Shown here one piece after another: positions 15,937 through 25,553 of a stretch of 64,000 nt of DNA. The notes beneath the pieces are model-generated. The model saw nothing but the letters and a program-made list of their open reading frames with translations, was not told the DNA's origin and searched no databases. A program made the translations under genes and the position numbers. The stretch is from Myxococcota bacterium (GTDB lineage Bacteria; Myxococcota_A; UBA9160; UBA6930): positions 2,528,001 to 2,592,000 of the forward strand of contig OZ245002.1 of NCBI GenBank assembly GCA_965223415.1, read 5' to 3'. Numbering within the stretch: the stretch's first letter is position 1; each line of letters opens with the position of its first letter.

Positions 15937-15965
15937 ACGATACCCGGACGTCAAGGCGAAGGCAA
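15937..15965 (-). promoter_or_regulatory. sigma70-like promoter for the leader/ABC operon
   Basis: TTGCCT-N17-TATCGT on the minus strand. Confidence 0.5.
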
Positions 15966-15995
15966 CCCCCTTTTCGACCTCGCTACCCTGGAATC

Positions 15996-16406
15996 ATGCC
16001 CGGCTCCAAGCCCCCCGGCGTTTCGCGGCAGAGCTGGCTCGAGGGCCAGATCGAGGAGGCCCGCGGGCGCGGCCTGTTCGACCACCTGCCCGGGGCCGGC
16101 CGCCCGCAGGAGGACCTGGGCGAGGCCGACGACCCGCTCTGGTGGGCCAAGGCCCTCCTGCGGCGGGAGCAGCTCTCGGTGCTTCCCCCGGCCCTCGAGC
16201 TCCGCAAGAAGGTGGAGGCGACCCTCGCCCGATTGCCGGAGCTGCGCCGGGAGGCGGACGCTCGCGAGGCCCTGGAGACCCTGAACGCGGTGATCCGCGA
16301 CACGAACGCCAAGGCCCACCGCGGCCCGCCCAGCACCCAGGCTCCCCTCGACGTGGAGGCGGAGCTTCTCCGCTGGCGGACGGCCCGGGAAGGAACGGAG
16401 CGATGA
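15996..16406 (+). CDS. DUF1992 (DnaJC28-like) domain protein
   Basis: SWLEGQIEEARGRGLFDHLPGAGRP...WWAK..LPPALELRK. Confidence 0.85.
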   Translation: MPGSKPPGVSRQSWLEGQIEEARGRGLFDHLPGAGRPQEDLGEADDPLWWAKALLRREQLSVLPPALELRKKVEATLARLPELRREADAREALETLNAVIRDTNAKAHRGPPSTQAPLDVEAELLRWRTAREGTER

Positions 16407-17008
16407 CCACCCTCGAGTTCTTCTTCGACTGCGGCAGCCCCTGGACCTACCTGGCCTTCCACAAGATCGAGGAGCTGGCCCGCGACACCGGGGCCGAGCT
16501 CCGCTGGCGACCGATCCTGGTGGGCGGCGTCTTCAACCAGGTGAACCGCGAGGTCTACGAGGCCCGGGCGAACCCGAACCCGCTGCGCGGCCGCTACCAC
16601 GCCAAGGACCTGCAGGACTGGGCGCGGCTCTACGGCCTGCGCATCGGGTGGCCGACGGTCTTCCCCGTGAACAGCGTGAAGGCCATGCGCGGCGCCCTCG
16701 TGGCCCAGGACGCCGGCTGCCTGCCCGCCTACGCCCGGGCCGTCTTCGAGCGCTACTGGGGAGAGGACGGGGACATCTCGCGGGACGAGGTGATCTCCGC
16801 CGTCGCTGCTGGGATCGGCCTCGATCCGACGGACTTCCTGGAGGCGATCGCGAAGCCGGCGATCAAGGAGCGCCTGCGCACCAACACCCAGGAGCTCGTG
16901 GACCGGGGCGGCTTCGGCTCCCCGACGATGTTCGTCGCGGGCGACGACATGTTCTTCGGCAACGACCGGCTGCCTCTCGTCCGCGCCGCCCTGGAACGCC
17001 ATGTGTGA
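16403..17008 (+). CDS. 2-hydroxychromene-2-carboxylate isomerase / GST-kappa DsbA family
   Basis: LEFFFDCGSPWTYLA, WRPILVGGVF and GGFGSPT..MFFGNDRL motifs. Confidence 0.9.
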   Translation: MTTLEFFFDCGSPWTYLAFHKIEELARDTGAELRWRPILVGGVFNQVNREVYEARANPNPLRGRYHAKDLQDWARLYGLRIGWPTVFPVNSVKAMRGALVAQDAGCLPAYARAVFERYWGEDGDISRDEVISAVAAGIGLDPTDFLEAIAKPAIKERLRTNTQELVDRGGFGSPTMFVAGDDMFFGNDRLPLVRAALERHV

Positions 17009-18194
17009 CACCGCGGTGCGGGTGCTGCCCGGCCGCGTGCTGTTCGCCAAGAACTCCGACCGGGACCCGAACGAGGCGCAGCTCTTGGAGTGGCAGCCCG
17101 CCCGTGAGCACCGGCCCGGCGCTCCCCTGCGCTGCACCTGGATCCGCATTCCCCAGGTCGCGCGCACCCACGCGGTACTGCTCTCGCGGCCCTTCTGGAT
17201 GTGGGGCGCGGAGATGGGGGCGAACGAGCACGGGGTCGTGATCGGGAACGAGGCGGTCTTCACCAGGCAGCCCCTGGCGGAGACCGGGCTCACGGGGATG
17301 GACCTGCTGCGCCTCGCCCTGGAGCGGGCGGCCAGCGCCGAGGAAGCCCTCGGCGTGATCACGGAGCTGCTCGGCGAGCACGGCCAGGGCGGGGGCTGCG
17401 GGCACGAGGACCGCTCCTTCTCCTATCACAACAGCTTCCTGCTCGCGGATCCGGAGGGCGCCTTGGTGCTCGAGACGGCGGACCGGGAGTGGACGAGCGA
17501 GCGGGTGGAGGGCGCCCGCAGCATCTCGAACGGGCTCACCATCCAGCCGTTCGCGCGGCAGCACCGGGACGCACTGCGCACGAAGGCCGCGGCCGCCGGC
17601 CTGCGGCGCGCCTGCACCGAGGCCCGGGCCCAGCGAGCGGAGAGCGTGCTCGACATGATGGCGCTGCTGCGGGACCACGGGCGCCACCGGTCCGCCCCCC
17701 ACTACGCGCGCTTGAACGGCGGGATCGGAGCGCCCTGCGTCCACGCCGGCGGGATGGTGGTGAACTCGCAGACCACGGCGTCGTGGGTGGCGGAGCTCGC
17801 GCCCGGTGGGGCCACCCACTGGGTCACGGGCACGGCCGCCCCTTGCACCTCGCTCTTCAAGCCGGTGCGCCTCGACGAGCCCCTCGACCTCGGCCCCGAG
17901 CCCACGGACCGCTACGACCCGGCCAGCCTGTGGTGGCGCCACGAACGCTTCCACCGCCGTGCGATGTGGGATCCGGAGGCGCTGATGAGCGCGATCGCCA
18001 GGGAGCGGGATCACGTAGAGGCGGGCTGGGTCGCGGAGCCACCGGAGCCGGAGAAGGCCTTCGCCGAGGGCGACCGGCTGCTCGAGGGATGGACCGAGCG
18101 GGCCCTGGCGGCGAGCCTTGCCGACCGGCGGCCGGCGTGGACACGGCGCTACTGGGCGAAGCGGGACCGGCGGGCGGGCCTCGCGCCGGAGTGA
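17001..18194 (+). CDS. peptidase C69 / secernin-like Ntn hydrolase
   Basis: N-terminal MCDT, FAKNSDRDPNE, WMWGAEMGANEHGV and PCTSLFKP motifs. Confidence 0.9.
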   Translation: MCDTAVRVLPGRVLFAKNSDRDPNEAQLLEWQPAREHRPGAPLRCTWIRIPQVARTHAVLLSRPFWMWGAEMGANEHGVVIGNEAVFTRQPLAETGLTGMDLLRLALERAASAEEALGVITELLGEHGQGGGCGHEDRSFSYHNSFLLADPEGALVLETADREWTSERVEGARSISNGLTIQPFARQHRDALRTKAAAAGLRRACTEARAQRAESVLDMMALLRDHGRHRSAPHYARLNGGIGAPCVHAGGMVVNSQTTASWVAELAPGGATHWVTGTAAPCTSLFKPVRLDEPLDLGPEPTDRYDPASLWWRHERFHRRAMWDPEALMSAIARERDHVEAGWVAEPPEPEKAFAEGDRLLEGWTERALAASLADRRPAWTRRYWAKRDRRAGLAPE

Positions 18195-18272
18195 ACGCTC
18201 TCGGTTGACAGCCGTGCAACCGATGGGAATCCTTCACGTTTCCCCTTCACCCAGGACCCCAGGAGGAACCCC

Positions 18273-19301
18273 ATGGCAGACCGCCATGCGAACGATCCGC
18301 GCTGTGTCGCGGTCGTCGGGGCCACCGGGGCCGTCGGGGAGGTGGTGCTTCGGCTGCTGGCCGAGCGCGGCTTCCCGGTGGGCGAGCTCCGGGCCCTGGC
18401 GAGCGAACGCTCCGCCGGCACGACGGTGCGCTTCGCCGACCGGGACGTCGAGGTTCAGGAGGCCGTGCCCTCCGCCTTCGACGGCGTCGACTTCGCCTTC
18501 TTCGCCGCCACCGGCGGGCTCTCGAAGACGCTCGCGCCGGAGGTGGCGAAGCGCGGAGGCGTGGCCATCGACAAGTCGAGCACCTGGCGCCTCGACGAGC
18601 AGGTGCCGCTCGTGGTGCCGGAGATCAATCCGGACGCGCTCGAGAAGCACAAGGGCATCGTCTCGTGTCCGAACTGCACGACCATCGGCTTCGTCATGGC
18701 CCTCGAGCCGATCCGGCGCGAGGCGGGCGTGAAGTCGGTCGTCGTGACGACGCTGCAGGCGGTGAGCGGCTCGGGCAAGCCGGGCATCGACGAGCTGGCG
18801 AGGCAGAAGGCGGAGCTCGAGCGCGGCGACGCGCCGACGACCGGCTTCTACCCGAAGCCGATCGTCGAGAACGCCCTGCCCCTCTGCGAGAGCTTCCGCG
18901 ACGACGGCTACTCGACCGAAGAGGTCAAGCTGCTCCACGAGACTCGCAAGATCACCGGCCAGCAGGACGTGGACGTGACCATGACCTGCGTGCGCATCCC
19001 GGTTCCGGTGGGCCACTCGGCGACCATGCTGGTCGAGACCGAACGGCCGATCACGCCGGAGCGGGCGCGCGAGATGCTGGCAGCGTTCCCCGGCGTACGG
19101 GTCGTCGACGACCCGGCGGAGAACGTGTTCCCCACGGCCCGCGACGTGCACGGGAGCGACGAGGTGCTCGTGGGGCGCGTGCGCAAGGACCTGGTCAGCG
19201 ATCGGCTGTGGATGTGGCAGGTCTCGGACAACCTTCGCAAGGGCGCCGCGACCAACGCCATCCAGATCGCCGAGGAGATGGTTCGCCGCGGCCTCCAGTA
19301 G
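18273..19301 (+). CDS. asd: aspartate-semialdehyde dehydrogenase
   Basis: VVGATGAVG, PLVVPEIN, PNCTT, QAVSGSG, CVRIPV..GHS and DNLRKGAATNA motifs. Confidence 0.97.
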   Translation: MADRHANDPRCVAVVGATGAVGEVVLRLLAERGFPVGELRALASERSAGTTVRFADRDVEVQEAVPSAFDGVDFAFFAATGGLSKTLAPEVAKRGGVAIDKSSTWRLDEQVPLVVPEINPDALEKHKGIVSCPNCTTIGFVMALEPIRREAGVKSVVVTTLQAVSGSGKPGIDELARQKAELERGDAPTTGFYPKPIVENALPLCESFRDDGYSTEEVKLLHETRKITGQQDVDVTMTCVRIPVPVGHSATMLVETERPITPERAREMLAAFPGVRVVDDPAENVFPTARDVHGSDEVLVGRVRKDLVSDRLWMWQVSDNLRKGAATNAIQIAEEMVRRGLQ

Positions 19302-19347
19302 CCGACCGAGCTCTGCCGAGGGAGCGCCCGGGGCGGGAACGTCCCGG

Positions 19348-19743
19348 GTGCTCCTTCGCTACGCCGCGTTCCAGCTACCGGGGCTGGCCGTGTTCTCCCT
19401 CGGCGTCGCTGCGGCCCACGAGTGGCTCGAGCTGCCGGCGGACGTCGCCCTGGTGGCGGTCGCCTTGTGGATGGCGAAGGATGCGCTGATGTTCCGCTTC
19501 GTGCGCAAGGCCTACGAGCCCGGCGACGGGCGCACGCCCCGGGACGTGCGGGACGCCCTGGCGGTCGCCACCGACGGCCTCGACAGCGAGGGCTACGTGC
19601 GCATCGGCTCCGAGCTCTGGCGCGCCCGCCGGGCCGAGGGCTGCCCGCCCATCGCCGCCGGCGAAACCGTCCGCGTCGTCGACGTCCGCGGCCTCACCGT
19701 CCTCGTCGACCGGGACAACGCAACAAACGGAACCGGCCCCTAG
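19348..19743 (+). CDS. NfeD-like membrane protein (C-terminal OB fold)
   Basis: Two TM helices followed by GYVRIGSELWRA..GETVRVVDVRGLTVLV. Confidence 0.8.
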   Translation: MLLRYAAFQLPGLAVFSLGVAAAHEWLELPADVALVAVALWMAKDALMFRFVRKAYEPGDGRTPRDVRDALAVATDGLDSEGYVRIGSELWRARRAEGCPPIAAGETVRVVDVRGLTVLVDRDNATNGTGP

Positions 19744-19749
19744 CGCAAC

Positions 19750-20601
19750 ATGGGTGGTTCCGGCGTGACGGCTCTCGGGAGGCTTCTGGGGCTGCTTCGG
19801 CTCGAGGGGTTGGACCGGGACCTGTTCGTCGGGGATACGCCGCGGGGGGAGGGGCGGCTGTTCGGGGGGCTGGTGGCGGCGCAGGCGGCGGTCGCGGCGA
19901 TGGAGACGGTGGAGGACCGGGCGCTGCACTCGCTGCACGCCTACTTCCTCCGCCCGGGGCTGCACGAGACGCCGATCCGCTTCGTGGTGCATCGCATCCG
20001 GGACGGGCGCTCGTTCGCGACGCGGCGGGTGGTCGCCTATCAGGCCGGCGAGGCGATCTTCAATCTCTCGGCGAGCTTCGTGCAGCCCGAGGAGGGCATC
20101 TCCCACCAGGCGCCGGCGCCGGAGGCACCGGGGCCCGAAGGGCTCCCGGACTGGGAGGAGCTGCGCTCCCAGATGCTCGGCCGACCGGACGCCGTGCGGC
20201 ACCAGCCGATCGAGGTGCGCGTCTGCGACCCGGACGATCCCGACGGCCATCCCCAGGAGCCGCGCAAGCGGGTCTGGTTCCGGGCCGCGGGCAGTGTCCC
20301 CGACGACCCGCGCATCCACACGGCGCTGCTCGTCTACGCCAGCGACCGCACCCTCCTCTCCACGGCCTCGCGGCCCCACGGCCTGCCCTGGGGCAGACGG
20401 ATGGTCGCGAGCCTCGACCACGCGGTGTGGGTCCACCGCGAGCCCCGCTTCGACGATTGGGTGCTCTACGCCTCCGAGAGCCCGGTCGCCCACGCCGCCC
20501 GCGGGCTGGTGCTGGGCGCCCTGTACGACCGGGCCGGACACCGGATGGCCTCGGTCGCCCAGGAGGGCCTCATCCGGATCCCCCGGAACGATGTCGGATA
20601 G
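19750..20601 (+). CDS. tesB: acyl-CoA thioesterase II
   Basis: RLFGGLVAAQA, HSLHAYFLRPG, RDGRSFATRRV, ASLDHAVW and SVAQEGLIR motifs. Confidence 0.92.
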   Translation: MGGSGVTALGRLLGLLRLEGLDRDLFVGDTPRGEGRLFGGLVAAQAAVAAMETVEDRALHSLHAYFLRPGLHETPIRFVVHRIRDGRSFATRRVVAYQAGEAIFNLSASFVQPEEGISHQAPAPEAPGPEGLPDWEELRSQMLGRPDAVRHQPIEVRVCDPDDPDGHPQEPRKRVWFRAAGSVPDDPRIHTALLVYASDRTLLSTASRPHGLPWGRRMVASLDHAVWVHREPRFDDWVLYASESPVAHAARGLVLGALYDRAGHRMASVAQEGLIRIPRNDVG

Positions 20602-21871
20602 CTGGGAGAGCCGACGCCTCGGCCTGGCCGGCGCCTCGGCGCTGGTCGTGGCGAACATGGTCGGCGCCGGCGTCTTCACCACCTCCGGCTTCGCCCTCGC
20701 CGACCTCGGCGACGCGGCCTGGGTGCTGCTGGCCTGGCTCGTCGGGGGAGGGGTCGCGCTGTGCGGCGCCCTCGCCTACGGCGGCATCGCCCAGCGCATC
20801 CCGCGCTCGGGGGGCGAGTACACCTTCCTGACGCGCCTCCACCCGGGCCTGGGCTTCGCAGCGGGATGGGTCTCGCTCTGGGCGGGCTTCACGGGACCGA
20901 TCGCGGTCTCGGCGCTGGCCCTGGAGGTCTACCTCGGTGCGGCGCTGGGCGTCGCGGCACCGCCGGGCTGGACGGCCACCGCGGCCATCGCCGTGGCGCT
21001 GGTGCTCCATACGGTGCGCACGGAGACCGGGACGACGAGTCTCGGCGCCGTCGTCCTGCTGAAGCTCGTGGCCCTGGCGGCGTTCCTCTTCTGGGCCAGC
21101 GGAGCCCTCGACGCCTCCCGCGTCGAGGTTCTTCCCGCCCGGGCCTTCGACTTGGGCGCCTTCGCCGTGACCCTGGTATGGATCTCGTTCTCGTACTCGG
21201 GCTGGAACGGCGCCGTCTACCTGGCAGGCGAGATCCGTGCGCCGGAGCGGACCCTCCGCCCGGCCCTCTGGATTCCGACCCTGGGCGTGGCGCTCCTCTA
21301 TGTGGCGCTCAACGCCGTCATGCTCTGGGCGGCCCCGGCCGAGCAGCTCGCAGGCCAGGCGGAGGTGGGCGCCATCGCGGCAGGCGCTCTTGGAGGCGAG
21401 ACGGCGCGACGCTGGGTCTCCGCCGTGGTGTGCCTCGCCCTCTTCTCCTCCGTGTCGGTGATGGTGCTCTCCGGCCCGCGGGTCGTCGCCGTGATGGCGC
21501 GGGACGGCTTCCTGCCCACCGCTCTCGCCCGCGGCATGGCGTCGCCCCGCGCGGCGCTCCTGGCCCAGGCGATCGCGGCTACGGCCCTCGTCTGGATCTC
21601 CACCCTGCGCAGCCTGATCGGCAGTCTCGGCTTCATGCTAGGCATCTCCGCGGCCGCGACCGTGGCGAGCGCTGCCTACCTGCGCCACCGCGAGGGGGGG
21701 CAGAGCGTGCCGATCCCGGGCTACCCGTGGACGCCGGCCCTCTTCATCGGCTTCACCGTCGGCAGTACCGCGTTCCTCGTGGTTCGCGCGCCGGGCGACG
21801 CGGCCATCGGCCTCGTGCTGCTCGCGACGGGGCTTCCGATCTACCTGTGGCGAACCCGTCAGAGCAGCTGA
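20591..21871 (+). CDS. APC family amino acid permease
   Basis: NMVGAGVFTTSG, PRSGGEY and FSYSGWNGAVY motifs; about 12 TM segments. Confidence 0.9.
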   Translation: MSDSWESRRLGLAGASALVVANMVGAGVFTTSGFALADLGDAAWVLLAWLVGGGVALCGALAYGGIAQRIPRSGGEYTFLTRLHPGLGFAAGWVSLWAGFTGPIAVSALALEVYLGAALGVAAPPGWTATAAIAVALVLHTVRTETGTTSLGAVVLLKLVALAAFLFWASGALDASRVEVLPARAFDLGAFAVTLVWISFSYSGWNGAVYLAGEIRAPERTLRPALWIPTLGVALLYVALNAVMLWAAPAEQLAGQAEVGAIAAGALGGETARRWVSAVVCLALFSSVSVMVLSGPRVVAVMARDGFLPTALARGMASPRAALLAQAIAATALVWISTLRSLIGSLGFMLGISAAATVASAAYLRHREGGQSVPIPGYPWTPALFIGFTVGSTAFLVVRAPGDAAIGLVLLATGLPIYLWRTRQSS

Positions 21872-22284
21872 GTCTGCTGCGCGGAGAGCGGCGACGAGCC
21901 AAAGCTGTTGTAGGTGCTCACCTTGTACCAGCCCGCCGGCGTATCGTTGGGGAAGTACAGGTGGACCTCGATGGCCTCGGGCACCAGCGGATCGCGGAAG
22001 ACCTGGGCGCTCAGGGTGAGCTGGCTTCCGTCGGCCTGGGGCACGAAGTACTCGATCACCTCGATGGATCCGCCGCCGAAGTCGTAGGTGGAAAGCGCCC
22101 CGAAGGTGATGTCGCCCAAATCGACGGGCTGCGCGACGTCGACGCGCCATACGTCGACGCCGATCACCTGGCTGGTCTCGAAGTCCGGGATGACGACGTG
22201 CAGCTTGCGCATGTTGCAGCCCATGAGCGCCAGGCAGGCCGCGACCAGCGAGACCAGGACGAAGAGGCGGAGGATGCGTGTCAT
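21859..22284 (-). CDS. hypothetical exported protein / lipoprotein
   Basis: RBS GGAGGG, signal peptide ending LALMGC, beta-rich mature part. Confidence 0.65.
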   Translation of the reverse strand: MTRILRLFVLVSLVAACLALMGCNMRKLHVVIPDFETSQVIGVDVWRVDVAQPVDLGDITFGALSTYDFGGGSIEVIEYFVPQADGSQLTLSAQVFRDPLVPEAIEVHLYFPNDTPAGWYKVSTYNSFGSSPLSAQQTQLL

Positions 22285-22487
22285 GAGGTTCCCTCCCTTG
22301 TGAAGTCCGGACGCATTCGCGTCTCCGGTCTCCAGGGATCGGCCGGGAAGAGCCGCAGAAACGTGATCGAGCCAACGCTCCGGGCGGGCCGGGAGAAACT
22401 GAACCCCTCGGGGAGCCCCGAGCTGTGACGAACCACACCGCGGTCTCGTGCGTATCACCCGTCGCGCGCCGAGGAGACCACCTGCCC

Positions 22488-22817
22488 ATGGAACGCTTCG
22501 AATCCGACGAGTCGCGGCCGAAAGCCTTGATGGAGTGGCACCGGGGCCACCCGGAAGGACGCGTCGCGGGCGTCTGTGCCGGCCTGGCTGCCGAGTTCGA
22601 CATCCCCCTCACGCTGGTGCGGGCCGGCTTCTTGCTGGGCGGCCTGCTCGGCCCCGGGGTGACCCTGATCGTCGGCCTCTACGGGGTGCTGTGGTTCCTG
22701 ATGCCGGCGGAGCCGGGGGGAGACTCGGGCCTCGACCGGCTGGTCGAGGGCGTCACGTCCCTGAGCGGCGAGGCCCGCGAGCGCACCCTCCGCTCGGACG
22801 TCGACTTCCGCTCGTGA
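22488..22817 (+). CDS. PspC domain protein
   Basis: GRVAGVCAGLAAEFDIPLTLVR...YGVLWFLMP. Confidence 0.85.
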   Translation: MERFESDESRPKALMEWHRGHPEGRVAGVCAGLAAEFDIPLTLVRAGFLLGGLLGPGVTLIVGLYGVLWFLMPAEPGGDSGLDRLVEGVTSLSGEARERTLRSDVDFRS

Positions 22818-23059
22818 GGGCAGCGCGGGACGAGCCGGCGTGGCCGCGTTGGCTGCGCCGGATCGGCCTTCCGGCCGCCGGTCTCACGCTGGTCGGCATC
22901 GGCCTGCTGCTGCTCGTGACGCCGGGCCCGGGCCTCCTCACCCTGGCCGGCGGTCTCGGCGTGCTCTCGGCGGAGTTCCCGGGGCTGGCGGGCTGGCGCG
23001 ACACATGGATGCGTCGGATCGGAGGCTGGCGTTGGGGAAGGCACCCTTCAGCGGAGTGA
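22814..23059 (+). CDS. PGPGW-domain small membrane protein
   Basis: GIGLLLLVTPGPGLL...LSAEF; GTG start overlaps the pspC stop. Confidence 0.7.
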   Translation: MRAARDEPAWPRWLRRIGLPAAGLTLVGIGLLLLVTPGPGLLTLAGGLGVLSAEFPGLAGWRDTWMRRIGGWRWGRHPSAE

Positions 23060-23851
23060 CGCCAGCACCTCGACCATCCGCGTGAACGCCGCGCCGTCCT
23101 CGTAGCGCCCTCCCTGGGCCAGGCGCGTGACGCCGAGCTCGGCCAGCTGGGCGAGCTGCTCGCGCGCGCGGGGCGGGTCGCCCAGCGCCACGCCGCCGAG
23201 CACGACGATCTCGAGGGGCTCCCGGTCGGCCTCCTTCTCGAGCTGGCGCAGACGCTCGATGCGCGGGCCTAGCTGGGCCGGGTCGCCGCCCATGGGCATC
23301 CAGCCGTCTCCCGCCCGCACCGCGCGGGCGAGCGCCGCGTCGCTGCCACCACCGACGAAGATGGGCGGCTTCGCCGGCCGCGGGAGGAACAGGAAGGGCT
23401 GGCCGTTCGCCTCCACGACGTCGCTCTGGAAGCAGCGCTCCAGGAAGTCGAGCATCTCGTCGGCGAGCCGCCCGCGCCGGCTGCGGTCGACGCCCAGGGC
23501 GCGAAACTCCGGCTCCATCCAGCCCACGCCGACGCCGAGCTGGAGGCGCCCTCCCGAGAGCTCCTGGAGCGTGGCGATCGCCTTCGCGGTCGGGAGCGGC
23601 GAGCGGTAGGGAAGGTTCAGGATCGCCGTGCCGATGCGCACGCGCTCCGTCGCACCCGCGATCCAGGCCAGGGTCACGAGCGGATCGAGGTAGCGACCGC
23701 CGGAGCCCTCGGCGTCGTCCGGTGGAATCGCGACGTGGTCCACCACCCAGACTTCGTCCAGGCCGGCGGCCTCGGCGGCGCGGGCGCAGGCGCGAACGGT
23801 CTCCGCGGTGGAGACGGGGCCCATGGTGCGAACGACGGCGCCGAGCTGCAC
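23048..23851 (-). CDS. LLM-class (probably F420-dependent) oxidoreductase
   Basis: VWVVDHV, DPLVTLAWIAGATERVRIGT and LSGGRLQLGVGVGW motifs. Confidence 0.88.
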   Translation of the reverse strand: MQLGAVVRTMGPVSTAETVRACARAAEAAGLDEVWVVDHVAIPPDDAEGSGGRYLDPLVTLAWIAGATERVRIGTAILNLPYRSPLPTAKAIATLQELSGGRLQLGVGVGWMEPEFRALGVDRSRRGRLADEMLDFLERCFQSDVVEANGQPFLFLPRPAKPPIFVGGGSDAALARAVRAGDGWMPMGGDPAQLGPRIERLRQLEKEADREPLEIVVLGGVALGDPPRAREQLAQLAELGVTRLAQGGRYEDGAAFTRMVEVLASLR

Positions 23852-23866
23852 GAGGGGCTCCTCTCC

Positions 23867-24718
23867 TCAGCCGAGCTTCGTGAGCAGGCCGTTGGCGGCC
23901 TCGTCGACGAAGCGCAGCAGCTCCTCCTCACTGCGCGCGACGGGCACGAGGGTGAGCCGCTCGACGCCCAGGTCCTGGTAGCGCCGCGCGGTGTCGAGAT
24001 CGCAGCCGGGAAGCGGCGAGGCGCTGATCTCCAGGGGGCCGAGGGCACCGGGGCGGTCGATCTCGCTGCGCGCCTTCTCGATGCCGCGCAGGCAGGAGGC
24101 CAGGCCGTCCGGATCCTGGAAGTAGGCGTACCAGCCGTTGCCCCGGGCCACGGCGCGACGAAAGGCCGGCGGGCTGTGGCCTCCGATCACGAGCGGCGGG
24201 TGCGGATCTTGAACCGGGCGCGGCTGGGCGTCGATGCCGTCGAAGCGGAAGGTCGGCCCCTCGAAGCGCGGGTGCTCCTCGGTCCAGAGGGCACGCAGGA
24301 CGTCCAGGTACTCGTCCGTCCGGGCGCCCCGGTTCGTGAAGTCCGCGCCGATGGCCGCGAACTCGGGCTCGAGGTAGCCGGCGCCGATCCCCACGATCAG
24401 CCGGCCGCCGGAGACCACGTCCACGCTGGCCAGCTCCTTGGCCAGCACCACCGGATTGCGTTGGGGCAGGATGATGATGCCGGTCCCGAGACGCAGGGTG
24501 GTCGTGGCCCCAGCGAGGAAGGCCAGGCTCACCGCCGGGTCGAGCATCTTCATGTGGGGCGGCGCCGGCGACGGCGGAACCTGGGGATCCGGGAGCACGA
24601 CGTGCTCGCCGGTCCAGACGGATTCGAAGCCCGCGGCTTCGGCCGCCCGGGCCACGCGAAGGGCCGTCTCCGGCGCCGCGCAGGGCCCCGTGTTGATGCC
24701 GAAGAGCCCGAGCTTCAC
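23867..24718 (-). CDS. LLM-class (probably F420-dependent) oxidoreductase
   Basis: FESVWTGEHVVLP, LRLGTGIIILPQRNP and VSGGRLIVGIGAGY motifs. Confidence 0.9.
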   Translation of the reverse strand: MKLGLFGINTGPCAAPETALRVARAAEAAGFESVWTGEHVVLPDPQVPPSPAPPHMKMLDPAVSLAFLAGATTTLRLGTGIIILPQRNPVVLAKELASVDVVSGGRLIVGIGAGYLEPEFAAIGADFTNRGARTDEYLDVLRALWTEEHPRFEGPTFRFDGIDAQPRPVQDPHPPLVIGGHSPPAFRRAVARGNGWYAYFQDPDGLASCLRGIEKARSEIDRPGALGPLEISASPLPGCDLDTARRYQDLGVERLTLVPVARSEEELLRFVDEAANGLLTKLG

Positions 24719-24926
24719 GCTTCTCCTCCTCAGGGTCGGGCGGATGACGATAGCCCGGCTTCGATCGCGTCGTCGGACGCCATGGCTCGGGCCGCACCCT
24801 GGGGACGCGAGCATCGCCACTCCCAGCGGCTTGGTAGGGTCGGGGCGTCCGCATGGAAGCGACGAACCTCACGGCTCTTCCCACGCTCGCCGAAGCGGGG
24901 GGGCCGCGTTTGGAGACAACGAGACC

Positions 24927-25244
24927 GTGCTTCGGGTCCTCGGCGCCTTGCTATTCTGCGTCTTCGGCGCAGCCTGGGGGCTCTCCGTCGTGCGCATGCG
25001 GGACTTGCTGAGGCGGAGCCTGGTCGCGCCTCGAGGACTCGCCTACGTCCTCGAGCCGACCCTCGTGTACTTCAACAACGCGCTCGGCCTAGCCGCTGCC
25101 GCGACTGTCGCCCTCGCCTCGATTCCTGCGTACCTCGCGCTCTCGTACCAGATTGCGGTCGCCGCCCCTTTGATCACCTCGATGGCCATTCTCTGGGGTG
25201 CCGTGCGACGGCTCCTCATCGAAGTCGAAGGAGAAGAGCAGTGA
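24927..25244 (+). CDS. small hypothetical membrane protein
   Basis: Three hydrophobic segments; GTG after GGAG; may be the fragment of a longer gene. Confidence 0.45.
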   Translation: MLRVLGALLFCVFGAAWGLSVVRMRDLLRRSLVAPRGLAYVLEPTLVYFNNALGLAAAATVALASIPAYLALSYQIAVAAPLITSMAILWGAVRRLLIEVEGEEQ

Positions 25245-25440
25245 GATCGTACTCATCGCCGTCCTGTCGGCGCGCCTCCGCCAGTACGAGAGCGCCCTCG
25301 ATGCGCTCGAGCACGCCCACCCCGCCAGAGCCCCCAGCATGGGTTTCGTGCGCGTCCATCCCGCCGTCGCCCCCCTCCGGGGATTGCCCCGGTTCGAGGC
25401 GCTCGTACGTGCGTCGGACCTTCCTGAACCCGAGCGCTGA
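25243..25440 (+). pseudogene. fragment resembling the C-terminal tail of TolB-like/TPR proteins
   Basis: ALDALEHA...VHPAVAPLRGLPRFEALVR resembles the tail of 28911..30638 (ALDHLEKA...EPSLAPLRAHPR). No proper start. Confidence 0.5.
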
Positions 25441-25553
25441 GCAGAGCGGCACGTGGGGCGAATTCGCATCTTGCTCGCTTTTGAAGGCCGGCAACTGTTC
25501 GATTCCATCTTTTGGTGGATGTTCGTTCCGGGGGCCTCGCATAGGGTGGCCGC

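Noticed and set aside
19320..19355. Second copy of the palindrome motif (GGAACGTCCC) after asd
   Set aside because: A 10-bp match in a GC-rich hairpin is too short to call a repeat family.
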